From Eledone cirrhosa (lineage: Eukaryota), in contig OZ024744.1 of the NCBI GenBank assembly GCA_964016885.1, positions 116,870,001 through 116,934,000 of the forward strand: a DNA stretch of 64,000 nucleotides, given 5' to 3'. The notes beneath the pieces were generated by a model. That model worked only from the letters and a program-made list of their open reading frames with translations, made no database searches and was not told the origin of the DNA. Positions 12,333 to 29,529 of this stretch are shown here, in pieces. Position numbers and translations under genes: made by a program. Numbering within the stretch: the stretch's first letter is position 1; the number at the start of each line of letters is the position of its first letter.

Positions 12333-12368
12333 TCTTCTGATGAAGGACTAGCGTCTGAAATGTTAAGA
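12333..12368 (+). ncRNA. Minimal Penelope-type hammerhead, slightly decayed
   Basis: TCTT-CTGATGA-A-GGAC(TAGC)GTCT-GAAATGTT-AAGA. Confidence 0.6.
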
Positions 12369-12453
12369 CCCTCTACCTGCTATATCAAGCGTTAACCTAA
12401 TATATACCTTCCATATACTGTGCCGATTGTGTTGCTATTTCTGTTTACCTTTT

Positions 12454-12502
<49 letters not shown>

Positions 12503-12529
12503 CAGAGAGAGAGAGAGAGAAAGAGAGGA

Positions 12530-12720
12530 AGTGATAAACAGTTATAGAGGAAGAATCAACCCCAGTTCTAGACTGGTACTTTTTTTTATCGACCTCGAAA
12601 GGAAAAGGATGAAAGCAAAGTTGACTTCGGCGGGATTTGAACTGAGAGAGCAGAGAGCGGAAACAAATACCGCTAGGTATTCTATCTGATGTTGAAACAA
12701 CTTTGACAATTCACCACCTT
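12530..12720 (-). mobile_element. Diverged SINE family A copy
   Basis: CTGGTACT...ATCGACC...GGATGAAAGCAAAGTTGACTTCGGCGGGATTTGAACT. Confidence 0.75.
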
Positions 12721-13199
12721 ATAAAAAGTAATGATAAAACAGAAACAACAACGATAAAAACAACAAAAGAGAGAATGTGTATTAATGTAGAGAAGAGAAT
12801 GGAACAGATAAAGATAAAATGAGAGATAAAGAGAGAGAGAGAGGGAGGGACAGAGAGATAGATAAAGAGGGAGAGGAGAGTGTGAGGGGGTGGGTGGGAG
12901 AGAGAGAGAGAGATAAAGAGGGAGAGGAGAGCGAGAAGGGGTGGGAGTGAGAGAGGGAGCAAGAAAGAGAGGGGTGGAGGGGAGGGGGGGAAAGAAAGAG
13001 AGAGATAAAGAGGGAGAAGGGAGGGAGAAAGAGAGAGAGAGAGAATCTTAATGACTGTATGCTGGACATAAAACTCCTCTCTTTCCCCTCTCACTCAGGT
13101 ATAAAAATATACCTAATACGTTTGAGAATGTCAAAAATGAAATGAAAATAAAAGAAAAGGAAGAAAAGAAAAGAAGAGAAAGAAAGAAAGATCCACAAG

Positions 13200-13745
13200 G
13201 TGTAGTGCGCGCGCATGTGAAACACGTGCACGATTTGGGCTGAGTTGAGTCCAGCCCTTCACTAAGTCTACTTAACTAAATTATTTTCATTTAGTCATAA
13301 AAGAAAACACTTAAAAGTGACAAAAAAAGCTTTATATAAACAACAAAATAACAGATTTATTTGCTGAATTTTCCAGTCATTCTCTTTCTTAAAACGAAAA
13401 TTAAACGTCTTTTAATTAACAGTAGAAATAAGAATTTTATTCCTTCAATTAGTATTTAATTATTTATATATTTATTTATTTGTTAAATATATTTATTTAT
13501 TTCTCTCTGTCACCTTTCTTTCTTTCTTTCTTTCTTTCTCCCCCCCTCTCTCTCTCTCTCTCCTACCCCCACCTCGGCCTCCCTTGCCGTCTGTTTTTAA
13601 ATATTGAGTCATTACTTACCTGTAATTACCTACCTGTAATCAAACTTGTTGGACGAATCAAACTTGAGTATTGGTGTTCTGGCCGCCATTTTTTGTTGTG
13701 ACACGCTACACGGCAACTCTAGTGACTTTTTTCAGGTGAGTTCAT
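13200..13745. promoter_or_regulatory. Candidate host promoter / first-exon region
   Basis: Non-repetitive segment with retained CpGs, GCGCGCGCATG, CACGTG E-box and YY1-type GCCGCCATTTT. Splice donors on both strands (minus at 13633 and 13619, plus CAG|GTGAGT at ~13736). Confidence 0.45.
13634..13689 (-). CDS. Candidate first coding exon or uORF MAARTPILKFDSSNKFDY (product unknown)
   Basis: AAAAATGGCGGCC start context, 56 nt ending AG|GTAGGT. No downstream exon identified. Confidence 0.3.
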
Positions 13746-13964
13746 CTCTACACTCTTCTATCTATACCCATGTCCACCTGTATGTACATATATCTATCTC
13801 CTTTTGTGTCAACCAAAGTTAAACTCTTTCTTTTAACTTCTTGGAAAGAGCAAAGAATTAATTCTTGGCTCAGTTTCCTGATAAATCTTTGTTGTTGATC
13901 GTTACCTATAAACATATACATACATGTACAAAACTAATGTGTGTGTGTGTGTGTGTGTGTATAT

Positions 13965-14165
13965 AAAGGTCGGTTGAAACGTCTATAGGCTGACCAAGAT
14001 ACTCTCATGGAATGACCAAATGAGGTTTATTTTTCACATAGTCCCTAGAAAGAACCAATGCAGTTATTAATTATTAAGAAGAGTTGAAATTAATGACATG
14101 TAAGATTTTACAGCTCTAGCATCACTCCTTCATAATCAGCCTATGAACTTTACAGCCCCACACTG
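13965..14165. mobile_element. Mariner-derived MITE, diverged
   Basis: Imperfect TIRs GGTTGAAACGTCTATAGGCTGA / TCAGCCTATGAACTTTACAGCC in a TA context. Confidence 0.55.
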
Positions 14166-14194
14166 TTATATATTAACACACACACACACACACA

Positions 14195-14225
<31 letters not shown>

Positions 14226-14441
14226 AACACACATATACAGCCATACACTGTCCATTAATATAGTGTCTTCCTTATCAGTAAGGTGACGGTATTGTATTAT
14301 TTTGACACCCATTCCGTCATTGATCTCTAATTGTATTTATTTTGCTATGGAACTTTCGTTGTCTCTTTTCTCATCTTCTGCCACTTTCAACTTTGATCAA
14401 AGACGTGAAAAAAATAGAAACAGAAAACTTGTTTATACTTA

Positions 14442-14507
<66 letters not shown>

Positions 14508-14641
14508 CTGTGTGTGTAGTATAAACACGCACATACATAAAATAAATATTTAATATACACACACATATGTATGTGTGTATGTGTATGAAGTGTATATGAA
14601 AACAGACATAATACCGCCAATTATATATATATATATATATA

Positions 14642-14786
14642 CAGTAAAATTCCGTTATAACGAAATTCACGGGGTATTAAAAAATTCGTTTGTAACGAAA
14701 ACTTATAACGAGATCGACCGAAATGCATCAAGTGTTTGTTATTACATCTGGGATTGAAAAATTCGTTTTAATGGAATTTTACCTGT
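14642..14786. mobile_element. Tc1/pogo-type MITE (second partial copy ~15030-15210)
   Basis: TIRs CAGTAAAATTCCGTTA / TAATGGAATTTTACCTG, internal TTCGTTATAACGAA palindromes, TA flank. Confidence 0.65.
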
Positions 14787-15530
14787 GTATATATCACATA
14801 TATAGAGAGCGATATAAAGGGTCTAAGAGAGGGGGGTCCAGCTGGTAATTTGTTCTTGGGGCCCAAAAGCTAATCAGACCCCACAGCAACAAAGTAACAT
14901 CCATTTTGAGAAAAATATTTGCCTGCTACGGGCCCCAAAGGGGTTTTGTACTGTCTTGCAAAATTTCTCTTGGAGACCCTGCATATATACATACACACAC
15001 ACACACACACACCACACACCACACATATATGAATTCCGTTATAACGAAATTCACAGGGTATAAAAAAGATTCGTTGTAAGGAAAAATTCTTTATTACGAG
15101 ATAAACGGACACACATCAAGAGTTTGTTTGTTATTACCACGGGGATTGAAAAAAATATTTCGTTATACTGAAAAATTCATTTTAATATGGTATTCGTTAA
15201 AACAAATTTTGACACACACAGATACATATATACACATATATAAAAGAGAAAACTTTCTCTTGTATTACGACCTTGAAATTTCACTATATATATATATATA
15301 TCAGATTTTACATTGTAAAAGTTATTGATTTGGGTGGTTGGGAGTGATACCTTGCGGTGTTGTTTGTTGCATAAAAGAAAGACAGCTGGGTTATTAAATA
15401 TAAACTTTTGTCACTTGTTATTAAAAGAGTAAAGGGATGTTGTTGTTGATATCGTTGTCGGAGGTGTTAGCTGTAACATCATAAATCCTTTACAATTATC
15501 AGAGAACAGTTCTACTGGCTTTCTATATGT

Positions 15531-15577
<47 letters not shown>

Positions 15578-15689
15578 CTCTCTTTCTCTATATAGTATAG
15601 TATATATATATATATATATAGTATATATATATATATAGTATATATATATATATAGTATATATATATAGTATATATAAATATATAGTATA

Positions 15690-15723
<34 letters not shown>

Positions 15724-17023
15724 TATATATATATATAGTATATATAAATATATAGTATAAATATATAGTATGTATATATATAGTATGTATATATATAGTA
15801 TGTATATATATAGTATGTATATATATAGAATGTATATATATAGTATGTATATATATAGAATGTATATATATAGTATGTATATATATAGTATGTATATATA
15901 TAGTATATAAATATATAGTATAAATATATATAGTATATATATATATAGTATATATATATATAGTATATATATATATAGTATATATATATATAGTATATAT
16001 ATATATAGTATATATATATATAGTATATATATATATAGTATATATATATATAGTATATATATATATATAGTATATATATATATAGTATATATAGTATATA
16101 TATATATAGTATATATATATAGTATAGTATATATATATATAGTATATATATATATAGTATATATATATAGTATATATATATATATATAGTATATATATAT
16201 ATAGTATATATATATATAGTATATATATATATATATATATAGTATATATATATATAGTATATATATATATAGTATATATATATAGTATATATATATATAG
16301 TATATATATATATAGTATATATATATATAGTATATATATATATAGTATATATAGTATATATATATATAGTATATATATATATAGTATATATAGTATATAG
16401 TATATATAGTATATATATATATAGTATATATAGTATATATAATATATATATATATAGTATATATAATATATATATATATATAGTATATATAGTATATAGT
16501 ATATATAGTATATATATATATAGTATATATATATATAGTATATATATATATATAGTATATATAGTATATATATATATAGTATATATATATATAGTATATA
16601 TATATATATAGATATATAGTATATATATTATAGTATATATATTATATATAGTATATTATAGTATATGTATATATAGTTATATGTATATATAGTATATATA
16701 TAATATAAGTATATATAGCTATATNNNNNNNNNNNNNNNNNNNNNNNNNNNNNNNNNNNNNNNNNNNNNNNNNNNNNNNNNNNNNNNNNNNNNNNNNNNN
16801 NNNNNNNNNNNNNNNNNNNNNNNNNNNNNNNNNNNNNNNNNNNNNNNNNNNNNNNNNNNNNNNNNNNNNNNNNNNNNNNNNNNNNNNNNNNNNNNNNNNN
16901 NNNNNNNNNNNNNNNNNNNNNNNNGTGCAGTTTGTTGATAGTGCAGTTTGTTGATAGTGCAGTATGTTGATTTAAAACTGCACTATCAACAAGTGTTTTT
17001 TTAGCCTTCATATCATGTTCTCC

Positions 17024-17094
17024 TGTTTTATCTGATGAAAACACAAATATTATTGTTTGATGATGTTTGTTTTTGAAATGCGCATAATAAAATA
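17024..17094 (+). ncRNA. Type I hammerhead in a ~165-bp element (16960-17125)
   Basis: TGTTTTAT-CTGATGA-long stem II (ACAAATATTATT/GATGATGTTTGT)-GAAA(TGCGCA)TA-ATAAAATA. Confidence 0.75.
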
Positions 17095-17266
17095 TATTGA
17101 ACTCCTTTAACCATCTTTTGATCTTATATTATATATATATATATATATATATAGAATATATATGTATATATATATATATATATAGAATATATATGTATAT
17201 ATATATATATATATATAGAATATATATGTATATATATATATATATATATAGTATATATATATATGA

Positions 17267-17298
<32 letters not shown>

Positions 17299-17450
17299 GT
17301 ATATATATATATGATATATAGTATATATATATATGATATATGTATATATATATATATAGTATATATATATATGATATATATATATATATATATGATATAG
17401 TATATGTATATATATATATATATAGTATATGTATGTATATATATATATAG

Positions 17451-17489
<39 letters not shown>

Positions 17490-17796
17490 TATATATATAT
17501 AGTATATATATATAATAGTATATATATATATAGTATATATATATAGTATATATATATATATAGTATATGTATATATATATATATATATATATAGTATATA
17601 TATATATAGTATATATATATATAGTATATATATATATAGTATATATATATATATAGTATATATATATATAGTATATATATATATAGTATATATATATATA
17701 TAGTATATATATATATAGTATATATATATATAGTATATATATATATAGTATATATATATATATAGTATATATATATATATAGTATATATATATATA

Positions 17797-17829
<33 letters not shown>

Positions 17830-18269
17830 ATATATAGTATATATATATATATATATATATAGTATATATATATATAGTATATATATATATATATATATAT
17901 ATAGAATATATATAGTATATATATATATATATATATATAGTATATATAGATATATAGTATATATAGATATATAGTATATATAGATATATAGTATATATAG
18001 TATATATATATATATAGTATATATATATATATATAGTATATATATATATATATATATAGTATATATATATATATATAGTATATGTATATATAGTATATAT
18101 ATATATAGTATAAATATATATAGTATATATATATATAGTATATATATATATAGTATATATATATATAGTATATATATATATAGTATATATATATATAGTA
18201 TATATATAGTATATATATATATAGTATATATATATATAGTATATATATATATAGTATATATATATATAG

Positions 18270-18379
<110 letters not shown>

Positions 18380-18429
18380 GTATATATATATATATAGTAT
18401 ATATATATATAGTATATATATATATATAG

Positions 18430-18469
<40 letters not shown>

Positions 18470-18540
18470 GTATATATATATATGTATATATATATATATA
18501 GTATATATAGTATATATATATATAGTATATATATATATAG

Positions 18541-18572
<32 letters not shown>

Positions 18573-18575
18573 TAG

Positions 18576-18607
<32 letters not shown>

Positions 18608-18724
18608 TAGTATATATATAATATATGTATATATATATATATATAGTATATATATAGTATATATATATATATATAGTATATATATATATATATAGTATAT
18701 ATATAGTATATATATATATATATA

Positions 18725-18773
<49 letters not shown>

Positions 18774-18803
18774 GTATATATATAGTATATATATATATAT
18801 ATA

Positions 18804-18852
<49 letters not shown>

Positions 18853-19061
18853 GTATATATATAGTATATATATATATATATATAGTATATGTATATATAT
18901 ATGTATATATATATAGTATATATATAGTATATATATAGTATATATATATATAGTATATATATATGTATATATATATAGTATATATATAGTATATATATAT
19001 ATAGTATATATATAGTATATATATAGTATATATATATATAGTATATATATATATATATATA

Positions 19062-19095
<34 letters not shown>

Positions 19096-19332
19096 TATAT
19101 ATATAGAATATATATAGTATATATATAGTATATATATATATAGAATATATATAGTATATATATATATATAGTATATATATATATAGAATATATATAGTAT
19201 ATATATATATAGAATATATATAGTATATATATATATATAGTATGTATATATATATATATAGTATATATATATAGTGTATATATATATATATAGTATATAT
19301 ATAGTATATATATATATGTATATATATATATA

Positions 19333-19366
<34 letters not shown>

Positions 19367-19492
19367 TATATATATATATATAGTATATATATATATATAT
19401 ATATATAGTATATATATATATATATATAGTATATATATATATATATATATAGTATATTATATATATATAGTATATATATATATATATATATA

Positions 19493-19526
<34 letters not shown>

Positions 19527-19592
19527 TATATATATATATATATAGTATATATATATATATATAGAATATATATAGTATATAGAATATATATA

Positions 19593-19628
<36 letters not shown>

Positions 19629-20859
19629 TATATATATAGAATATATATAGTATATAGAATATATATAGTATATATATATATATAGTATATATATAGTATA
19701 TATATATATAGTATATATATATAGAATATATATAGTATATAGAATATATATAGTATATATATATATATAGTATATATATAGTATATATATATATAGTATA
19801 TATATATGTATATATATATATAGTATATATATATAGTATATATATATGTATATATATATATAGTATATATATAGTATATATATATATATATATAGTATAT
19901 ATATATATAGTATATATATATAGTATATATATATATATAGTATATATATATATAGTATATATATATATATATATATATAGTATATATATATATATAGTAT
20001 GTATATATATATATATATATATAGTATATATATATATATATATATAGTATGTATATATATATATATAGTATATATATATATATATATATAGTATGTATAT
20101 ATATATATATATATATAGTATATATATATATATATATATAGTATATATATATATATATATATATATAGTATATATATATATATAGTATGTATATATATAT
20201 ATATATATAGTATGTATATATATATATATATATAGTATATATATATATATATATATAGTATATATATATATATAGTATATATATATATATATATATATAT
20301 AGTATATATATATATATATATATATAGTATATATATATATATATATATATAGTATATATATATATATAGTATATATATATATATATATATATAGTATATA
20401 TATATATATATATAGTATATATATATATATATATAGTGTATATATATATATATATATATAGTATATATATATATATATATATAGTATATATATATATATA
20501 TAGTATATATATATATATATATAGTATATATATATATATATAGTATATATATATATATATAGTATATATATATATATAGTATATATATATATATATAGTA
20601 TATATATATATATAGTATATATATATATATATATATATATAGTATATATGTATATATATAGTATATATATATATATATAGTATATATATATATATATATA
20701 GTATATATATATATATATATAGTATATATATATATATAGTATATATATATATATATATAGTATATATATATATATATATAGTATATATATATATATATAG
20801 TATATATATATATATATAGTATATATATATATATATAGTATATATATATATATATATAG

Positions 20860-20891
<32 letters not shown>

Positions 20892-20896
20892 TATAG

Positions 20897-20928
<32 letters not shown>

Positions 20929-22170
20929 TATATAGTATATATATATATATATAGTATATATATATATATATATAGTATATATATATATATATAGTATATA
21001 TATATATATATATACTATATATATATATATATAGTATATATATATATAGTATATATATATATATATACTATATATATATATATATAGTATATATATATAT
21101 ATATAGTATATATATATATATATAGTATATATATATATATATATAGTATATATATATATATATATACTATATATATATATATATAGTATATATATATATA
21201 GTATATATATATATATATAGTATATATATATATATATAGTATATATATATATATATAGTATATATATATATATAGTATATATATATATATATATAGTATA
21301 TATATATATATAGTATATATATATATATATATAGTATATATATATATATAGTATATATATATATATATATATATATAGTATATATATATATATATATAGT
21401 ATATATATATATATATACTATATATATATATATAGTATATATATATATATATAGTATATATATATATATATAGTATATATATATATATATAGTATATATA
21501 TATATATATAGTATATATATATATATAGTATATATATATATATAGTATATATATATATATATAGTATAGTATATATATATATATAGTATATATATATATA
21601 TATAGTATATATATATATATATATAGTATATATATATATATATAGTATATATATATATAGTGTATGTATATATATATATATAGTATATATATATATATAG
21701 TATATATATATATATACTATATATATATAGTATATATATATATATAGTATATATATATATAGTGTATGTATATATATATATATATATACTATATATATAT
21801 ATATACTATATATATATATATATAGTGTATATATATATATATAGTGTATATATATATATATATAGTATATATATATATATATATATAGTATATATATATA
21901 TAGTGTATATATATATATATATAGTATATATATATATATATATATAGTATATATATATATATAGTATATATATATATAGTATATATATATATATAGTATA
22001 TATATATATATAGTATATATATAGTATATATATATATAGTATATATAGTATATATGTATATATATGTATATATATATGTGTATATATATGTGTATATATA
22101 TGTGTATATATATATGTATATATATATATATGTGTATATATATATGTATATATATGTGTATATATATGTG

Positions 22171-22203
<33 letters not shown>

Positions 22204-22262
22204 GTGTATATATATGTGTATATATATATGTATATATATATATATATGTGTATATATATATG

Positions 22263-22300
<38 letters not shown>

Positions 22301-22344
22301 TGTGTATATATATATGTGTATATATATATGTATATATATATATG

Positions 22345-22377
<33 letters not shown>

Positions 22378-22392
22378 GTGTATATATATATG

Positions 22393-22423
<31 letters not shown>

Positions 22424-22518
22424 GTGTATATATATATGTATATATATATGTATATATGTATATATATATGTGTATATATATATGTATATATGTATATATA
22501 TATGTGTATATATATATG

Positions 22519-22560
<42 letters not shown>

Positions 22561-22592
22561 TATATGTGTATATATATGTGTATATATATATG

Positions 22593-22625
<33 letters not shown>

Positions 22626-22856
22626 GTGTATATATATATATGTATATATATATATATGTGTATATATATATGTGTATATATATATGTATATATATATATA
22701 TATATGTGTATATATATATATGTATATATATATATGTATGTATATATATATATGAATGCATATATATGTATATGTATATATGTATGTATATGTATATGTA
22801 TATATGTATATGTATATATGTATATATGTATATATATATATGTATATATATATATG

Positions 22857-22905
<49 letters not shown>

Positions 22906-23082
22906 ATGTATATATATGTATATATATGTATATATATGTATATATATGTATGTATATATTTGTATATATATGTATGTATATATTTGTATATATATGTATG
23001 TATATATTTGTATATATATGTATGTATATATTTGTATATATATGTATGTATATATACGTATATATATGTATATATATGTAAT

Positions 23083-23122
<40 letters not shown>

Positions 23123-23147
23123 GTATATATATGTATGTATATATATG

Positions 23148-23186
<39 letters not shown>

Positions 23187-23214
23187 GTATATATATATGT
23201 ATGTATATATATGT

Positions 23215-23268
<54 letters not shown>

Positions 23269-23270
23269 GT

Positions 23271-23310
<40 letters not shown>

Positions 23311-23515
23311 GTATATATATATATGTATATATATGTATATATATATATGTATGTATATATATGTATATATATGTATATATATATATGTATGTATATATAT
23401 GTATATATATATATGTATGATATATGTATGTATATATGTATATGTATATATATGTATATTATATGTATATATGTATTATATGTATATGTATATATGTATA
23501 TATGTATATATATAT

Positions 23516-23561
<46 letters not shown>

Positions 23562-23588
23562 GTATATATATATATGTATATATATATG

Positions 23589-23621
<33 letters not shown>

Positions 23622-23792
23622 GTATATATATATGTATATATATATGTATATATATATGTATATATATATGTATGTATATATATATATGTATATATATATA
23701 TGTATATATATATATGTATATATATATATACATATATATATATACATATATATATGTATATATATATATATATATATATACATATATATATG

Positions 23793-23845
<53 letters not shown>

Positions 23846-23942
23846 GTATATATATATGTATATATATATGTATATATATATGTATATATATATGTATATA
23901 TATATGTATATATATATGTATATATATATGTATATATATATG

Positions 23943-24023
<81 letters not shown>

Positions 24024-24080
24024 GTATATATATATATGTATATATATATATGTATATATATATATGTATATATATATATG

Positions 24081-24111
<31 letters not shown>

Positions 24112-24124
24112 GTATATATATATG

Positions 24125-24157
<33 letters not shown>

Positions 24158-24336
24158 GTATATATATATATGTATATATATATATGTATATATATATATG
24201 TATATATATATATGTATATATATATATGTATATATATATGTGTATATATATATATGTGTATATATATATATATATGTATATATATATGTGTATATATATA
24301 TATGTGTATATATGTATGTATGTATATATATATATG

Positions 24337-24495
<159 letters not shown>

Positions 24496-25467
24496 GTGTA
24501 TATATATGTATATATATGTATATATATATGTATATATATATGTATGTATATATGTATGTATATATATATGTATGTATATATATATGTATATATATGTATG
24601 TATATATATGTATATATATATATGTATGCATATATATGTATATGTATATATGTATATGTATATATGTATATATATATGTATATATGTATATGTATATATG
24701 TATATATATATATATGTATATGTATATATGTATATGTATATATGTATGTATATATATATATGTATATATGTATGTATATATATATATGTATATATGTATG
24801 CATATATATGTATATGTATATATGTATATATATATATATATGTATATATGTATATGTATATATGTATGTATATATATATATGTATATATGTATGTATATA
24901 TATATATATGTATATGTATATATATATGTATATATATATATATATGTATATATATATGTATATATATATATGTATATATATATATATGTATATATATATA
25001 TGTATATATATATATGTATATATATATATGTATATATATATGTATATATATATATGTATATATATATGTATATATATATGTATATATATATGTATATGTA
25101 TGTGTATATATATATGTATATATATATATGTATATGTATATATATATATATGTATATATGTATATATATATATGTATATGTATATATATATATATGTATA
25201 TATGTATATATATATATGTATATATATATGTATATATATATGTTATATATATATATATGTATATATATGTATATATATATATGTATATATATATATGTAT
25301 ATATATATATGTATATATATATATGTATATATATATGTATATATATATATGTATATATATATATGTATGTATGTATATATATATATGTATATATATATAT
25401 GTATATATATATATGTATATATATATATGTATATATATATATGTATATATATATATGTATATATATG

Positions 25468-25500
<33 letters not shown>

Positions 25501-25585
25501 GTATGTATATATATATATGTATATATATATATGTATATATATATATGTATATATATATATGTATATATATATGTATATATATATG

Positions 25586-25710
<125 letters not shown>

Positions 25711-25927
25711 GTATATATATGTATATGTATATATATGTATATATATGTATATATATTAATATATGTATATATATGTATATTTATATATGTATATATATAT
25801 ATGTGTATATATATATGTGTATATATATATGTGTATATATATATATGTGTATATATATATATATGTATATGTGTATATATATGTATATGTGTATATATAT
25901 GTATATGTGTATATATATGTATATATG

Positions 25928-25958
<31 letters not shown>

Positions 25959-26205
25959 GTATATATATATGTATATATATATATATGTATATATATATGT
26001 ATATATATATATATGTATATATATATGTATATATATATATATGTATATATATATGTATGTATATATATATGTATATATATATGTATATATATATGTATAT
26101 ATATATATATGTATATATATGTATATATATATGTATATATATATGTATATATGTATATATGTATATATGTATATATGTGTGTATATATATATGTGTGTAT
26201 ATATA

Positions 26206-26236
<31 letters not shown>

Positions 26237-26479
26237 GCGTGCCACACATATAACATTTGCACTATATAACCACTTATCTTCATGTTGTACTTTAACCTAT
26301 ATCTTTGATTTTTGATTGTACCTATTAATATAAATGTAATCTCGAAGTGTGTACTGCCACTCTAAATTTTGTAATGAATGTTGACCCACAATGTTTGAAT
26401 ATGTATCAATGTTTGAATATGTATTGGTATGTCTCTCGGCTGAAAAGGAGGTCATATAACTGTCCATGCATTAATAAAT

Positions 26480-26525
26480 TGCTCCGAAGAATCCAACCTC
26501 GGTTTGGAGGAAACAGCTGTAAGCA
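26480..26525 (+). ncRNA. Hammerhead with variant core CCGAAGA
   Basis: TGCT-CCGAAGA-A.TCCAA(CCTCGGT)TTGGA.G-GAAAC(AGCT)GTA-AGCA. Confidence 0.65.
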
Positions 26526-26563
26526 CAATAATGTTTTGAACAGTTCTTTGATTCTTATATTTC

Positions 26564-26647
<84 letters not shown>

Positions 26648-26684
26648 GTATATGTATATATATATATATGTATATATATATATG

Positions 26685-26801
<117 letters not shown>

Positions 26802-26814
26802 GTATATATATATG

Positions 26815-26845
<31 letters not shown>

Positions 26846-26846
26846 G

Positions 26847-26959
<113 letters not shown>

Positions 26960-26970
26960 GTATATATATG

Positions 26971-27005
<35 letters not shown>

Positions 27006-27016
27006 GTATATATATG

Positions 27017-27091
<75 letters not shown>

Positions 27092-27316
27092 GTATATATA
27101 TATGTATATATGTATATATATGTATGTATATATGTATATATATATATATGTATAAATGTATATATATATATGTATATATATATGTATATATGTATATATA
27201 TATATATGTATGTATATATATGTATATATGTATATATATATATATGTATGTATATATATGTATATATATATATATATATATGTATGTATATATATGTATA
27301 TATATATATATGTATG

Positions 27317-27347
<31 letters not shown>

Positions 27348-27412
27348 ATATATGTATATATATATATATGTATGTATATATGTATATATATATATATGTA
27401 TGTATATATATG

Positions 27413-27443
<31 letters not shown>

Positions 27444-27457
27444 ATATATGTATATAT

Positions 27458-27537
<80 letters not shown>

Positions 27538-27614
27538 GTATATATATATATGTATATATATATATATGTATATGTATATGTATATATATATATATGTATA
27601 TATATATGTATATG

Positions 27615-27647
<33 letters not shown>

Positions 27648-27708
27648 GTATATGTATATATGTATATATGTATGTATATATATATATATGTATGTATATA
27701 TATATATG

Positions 27709-27739
<31 letters not shown>

Positions 27740-28139
27740 GTATATATATATATGTATATATATATATGTATATATATATATGTATATATATATATGTATA
27801 TATATATATGTATATATATATATGGATATGTATATATGTATATATATATATGTATATATATATATGTATATATATATATGTATATATATATATGGATATG
27901 TATATATGTATATATATATATGTATATATATATATGTGTATATATATATGTATATATATATATGTATATATATATATGTGTATATATATATGTATATATA
28001 TATATGTATATATATATATGTTTATATGTATATGTATATATATATATTAAAGGGCAATGTTTATATGTATATGTATATGTATATATTAAAGGGCAAGAGA
28101 GCTCTTAAGACTCAATAGCCATCCAAAATCACCGGGAGA

Positions 28140-28542
28140 GATGACCCCTTAGCCTTTGTCAAGGCAGAATTCTAGGAGAAGGAAAACTCTGATATAACAC
28201 CTGCAACCCTGATGGTATACAATGATGTTGACTTGTTCTTCTTTTTGGTAAATATCATCTTGGTTAAGAGAGTGGGACTGGCTTTGTGCAGTGCCTTTGC
28301 TCACTATAAAAGCTTCACAGCACAGGCATTGCTTTATATCTGGAGATCTCTCTGCACTTGTCATTACATGGTACCATGGGCCCAGCACTATGTGTCAATA
28401 ATGGTCACAAGTGTAGTGTTTGTACCAGAGTTTTCAAGTCGCTGGCTGGACTAAAAAGTCACATTCGTTCAGCGCATCGGTAGGGGTTCTCCTACATGGA
28501 TATAAAGTAGTGGCCGTACTCGAAAACGAGTTGGCAGCCACC
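28140..28542 (+). mobile_element. Probable bipartite non-autonomous RTE derivative
   Basis: RTE 5'UTR-like CTAGGAGAAGGAAAACTCTGA, plus terminal C2H2 remnant HKCSVCTRVFKSLAGLKSHIRSAH and a 3' hairpin. Confidence 0.5.
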
Positions 28543-28644
28543 ATATATATATGTATATATATATATGTATATATATATATGTATATATATATATATGTAT
28601 ATGTATATATGTATATGTATATGTATATATGTATATATATATGT

Positions 28645-28747
28645 ATCATCATCATCATCATCATCGTTTAACGTCCCTGTTCCACGCTTGCATGGGTTTG
28701 GACGGGGGTTTTCCCACTTGAGGCAAGAGTGGTTGTCTTGCTCGCAT
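28645..28747 (-). mobile_element. RTE-tailed short repeat, 3' end
   Basis: Reverse complement of the 3540-3643 type sequence. Confidence 0.75.
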
Positions 28748-28804
28748 ATTGATTTAAAACTGCACTATCCACAAGTGTTTTTTAGCCTTCATATCATGTT
28801 CTCC

Positions 28805-28875
28805 TGTTTTATCTGATGAAAACACAAATATTATTGCTTGATGATGTTTGTTTTTGAAATGCGCATAATAAAATA
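28805..28875 (+). ncRNA. Type I hammerhead, second copy of the 17.0 kb element (28746-28906)
   Basis: Near-identical to 17024-17094. Confidence 0.75.
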
Positions 28876-28912
28876 TATGGAACTCCTTTAACCATCTTTT
28901 GATCTTATATTA

Positions 28913-28945
<33 letters not shown>

Positions 28946-28956
28946 GTTTATATATG

Positions 28957-28987
<31 letters not shown>

Positions 28988-29125
28988 GTATATATGTATA
29001 TATATATACATATATGTATGTATATGTATATATATGTATATATGTATATATATGTATATGTATGTATATATATATGTATATGTATGTATATATATATGTA
29101 TATGTATGTATATATATATATGTAT

Positions 29126-29420
29126 ATCATCATCATCATCATCAACGTTTAACGTCCCGTGTTCCACGCTTGCATTGGTTTGGACGGGGGTAGTCCCACT
29201 TGAGGCAAGAGTGATTGTCTTGCTCGCATAGGACTGTCTGGCAGGTTTTCTACAGTTGGATGCCCTTCCTAACACCAACCACATTTACAGTGTGGGTCTG
29301 GGAGGTTTTTACCGTGTTGCCTACACGGCTACATTACAGCGTGGACTGTGTGTTTTTTTGTCGTGACACCTACACGATCTCATTTGTTTCGGCCTGGATG
29401 GCGCGGCACCAACATAACTT
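29126..29420 (-). mobile_element. RTE-tailed short repeat
   Basis: (CAT)n tail and GGATGCCCTTCCTAACACCAACC motif. Confidence 0.75.
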
Positions 29421-29529
29421 TACATAGAACGGGGTGGTGTGGATGGGGTGGGGGTGGTGGTGGTGTTGGGACGGGGTGTATTTTGTTAGAGATGCCTACT
29501 GGCTGGAGTAGGTTTTACTATATATATTT

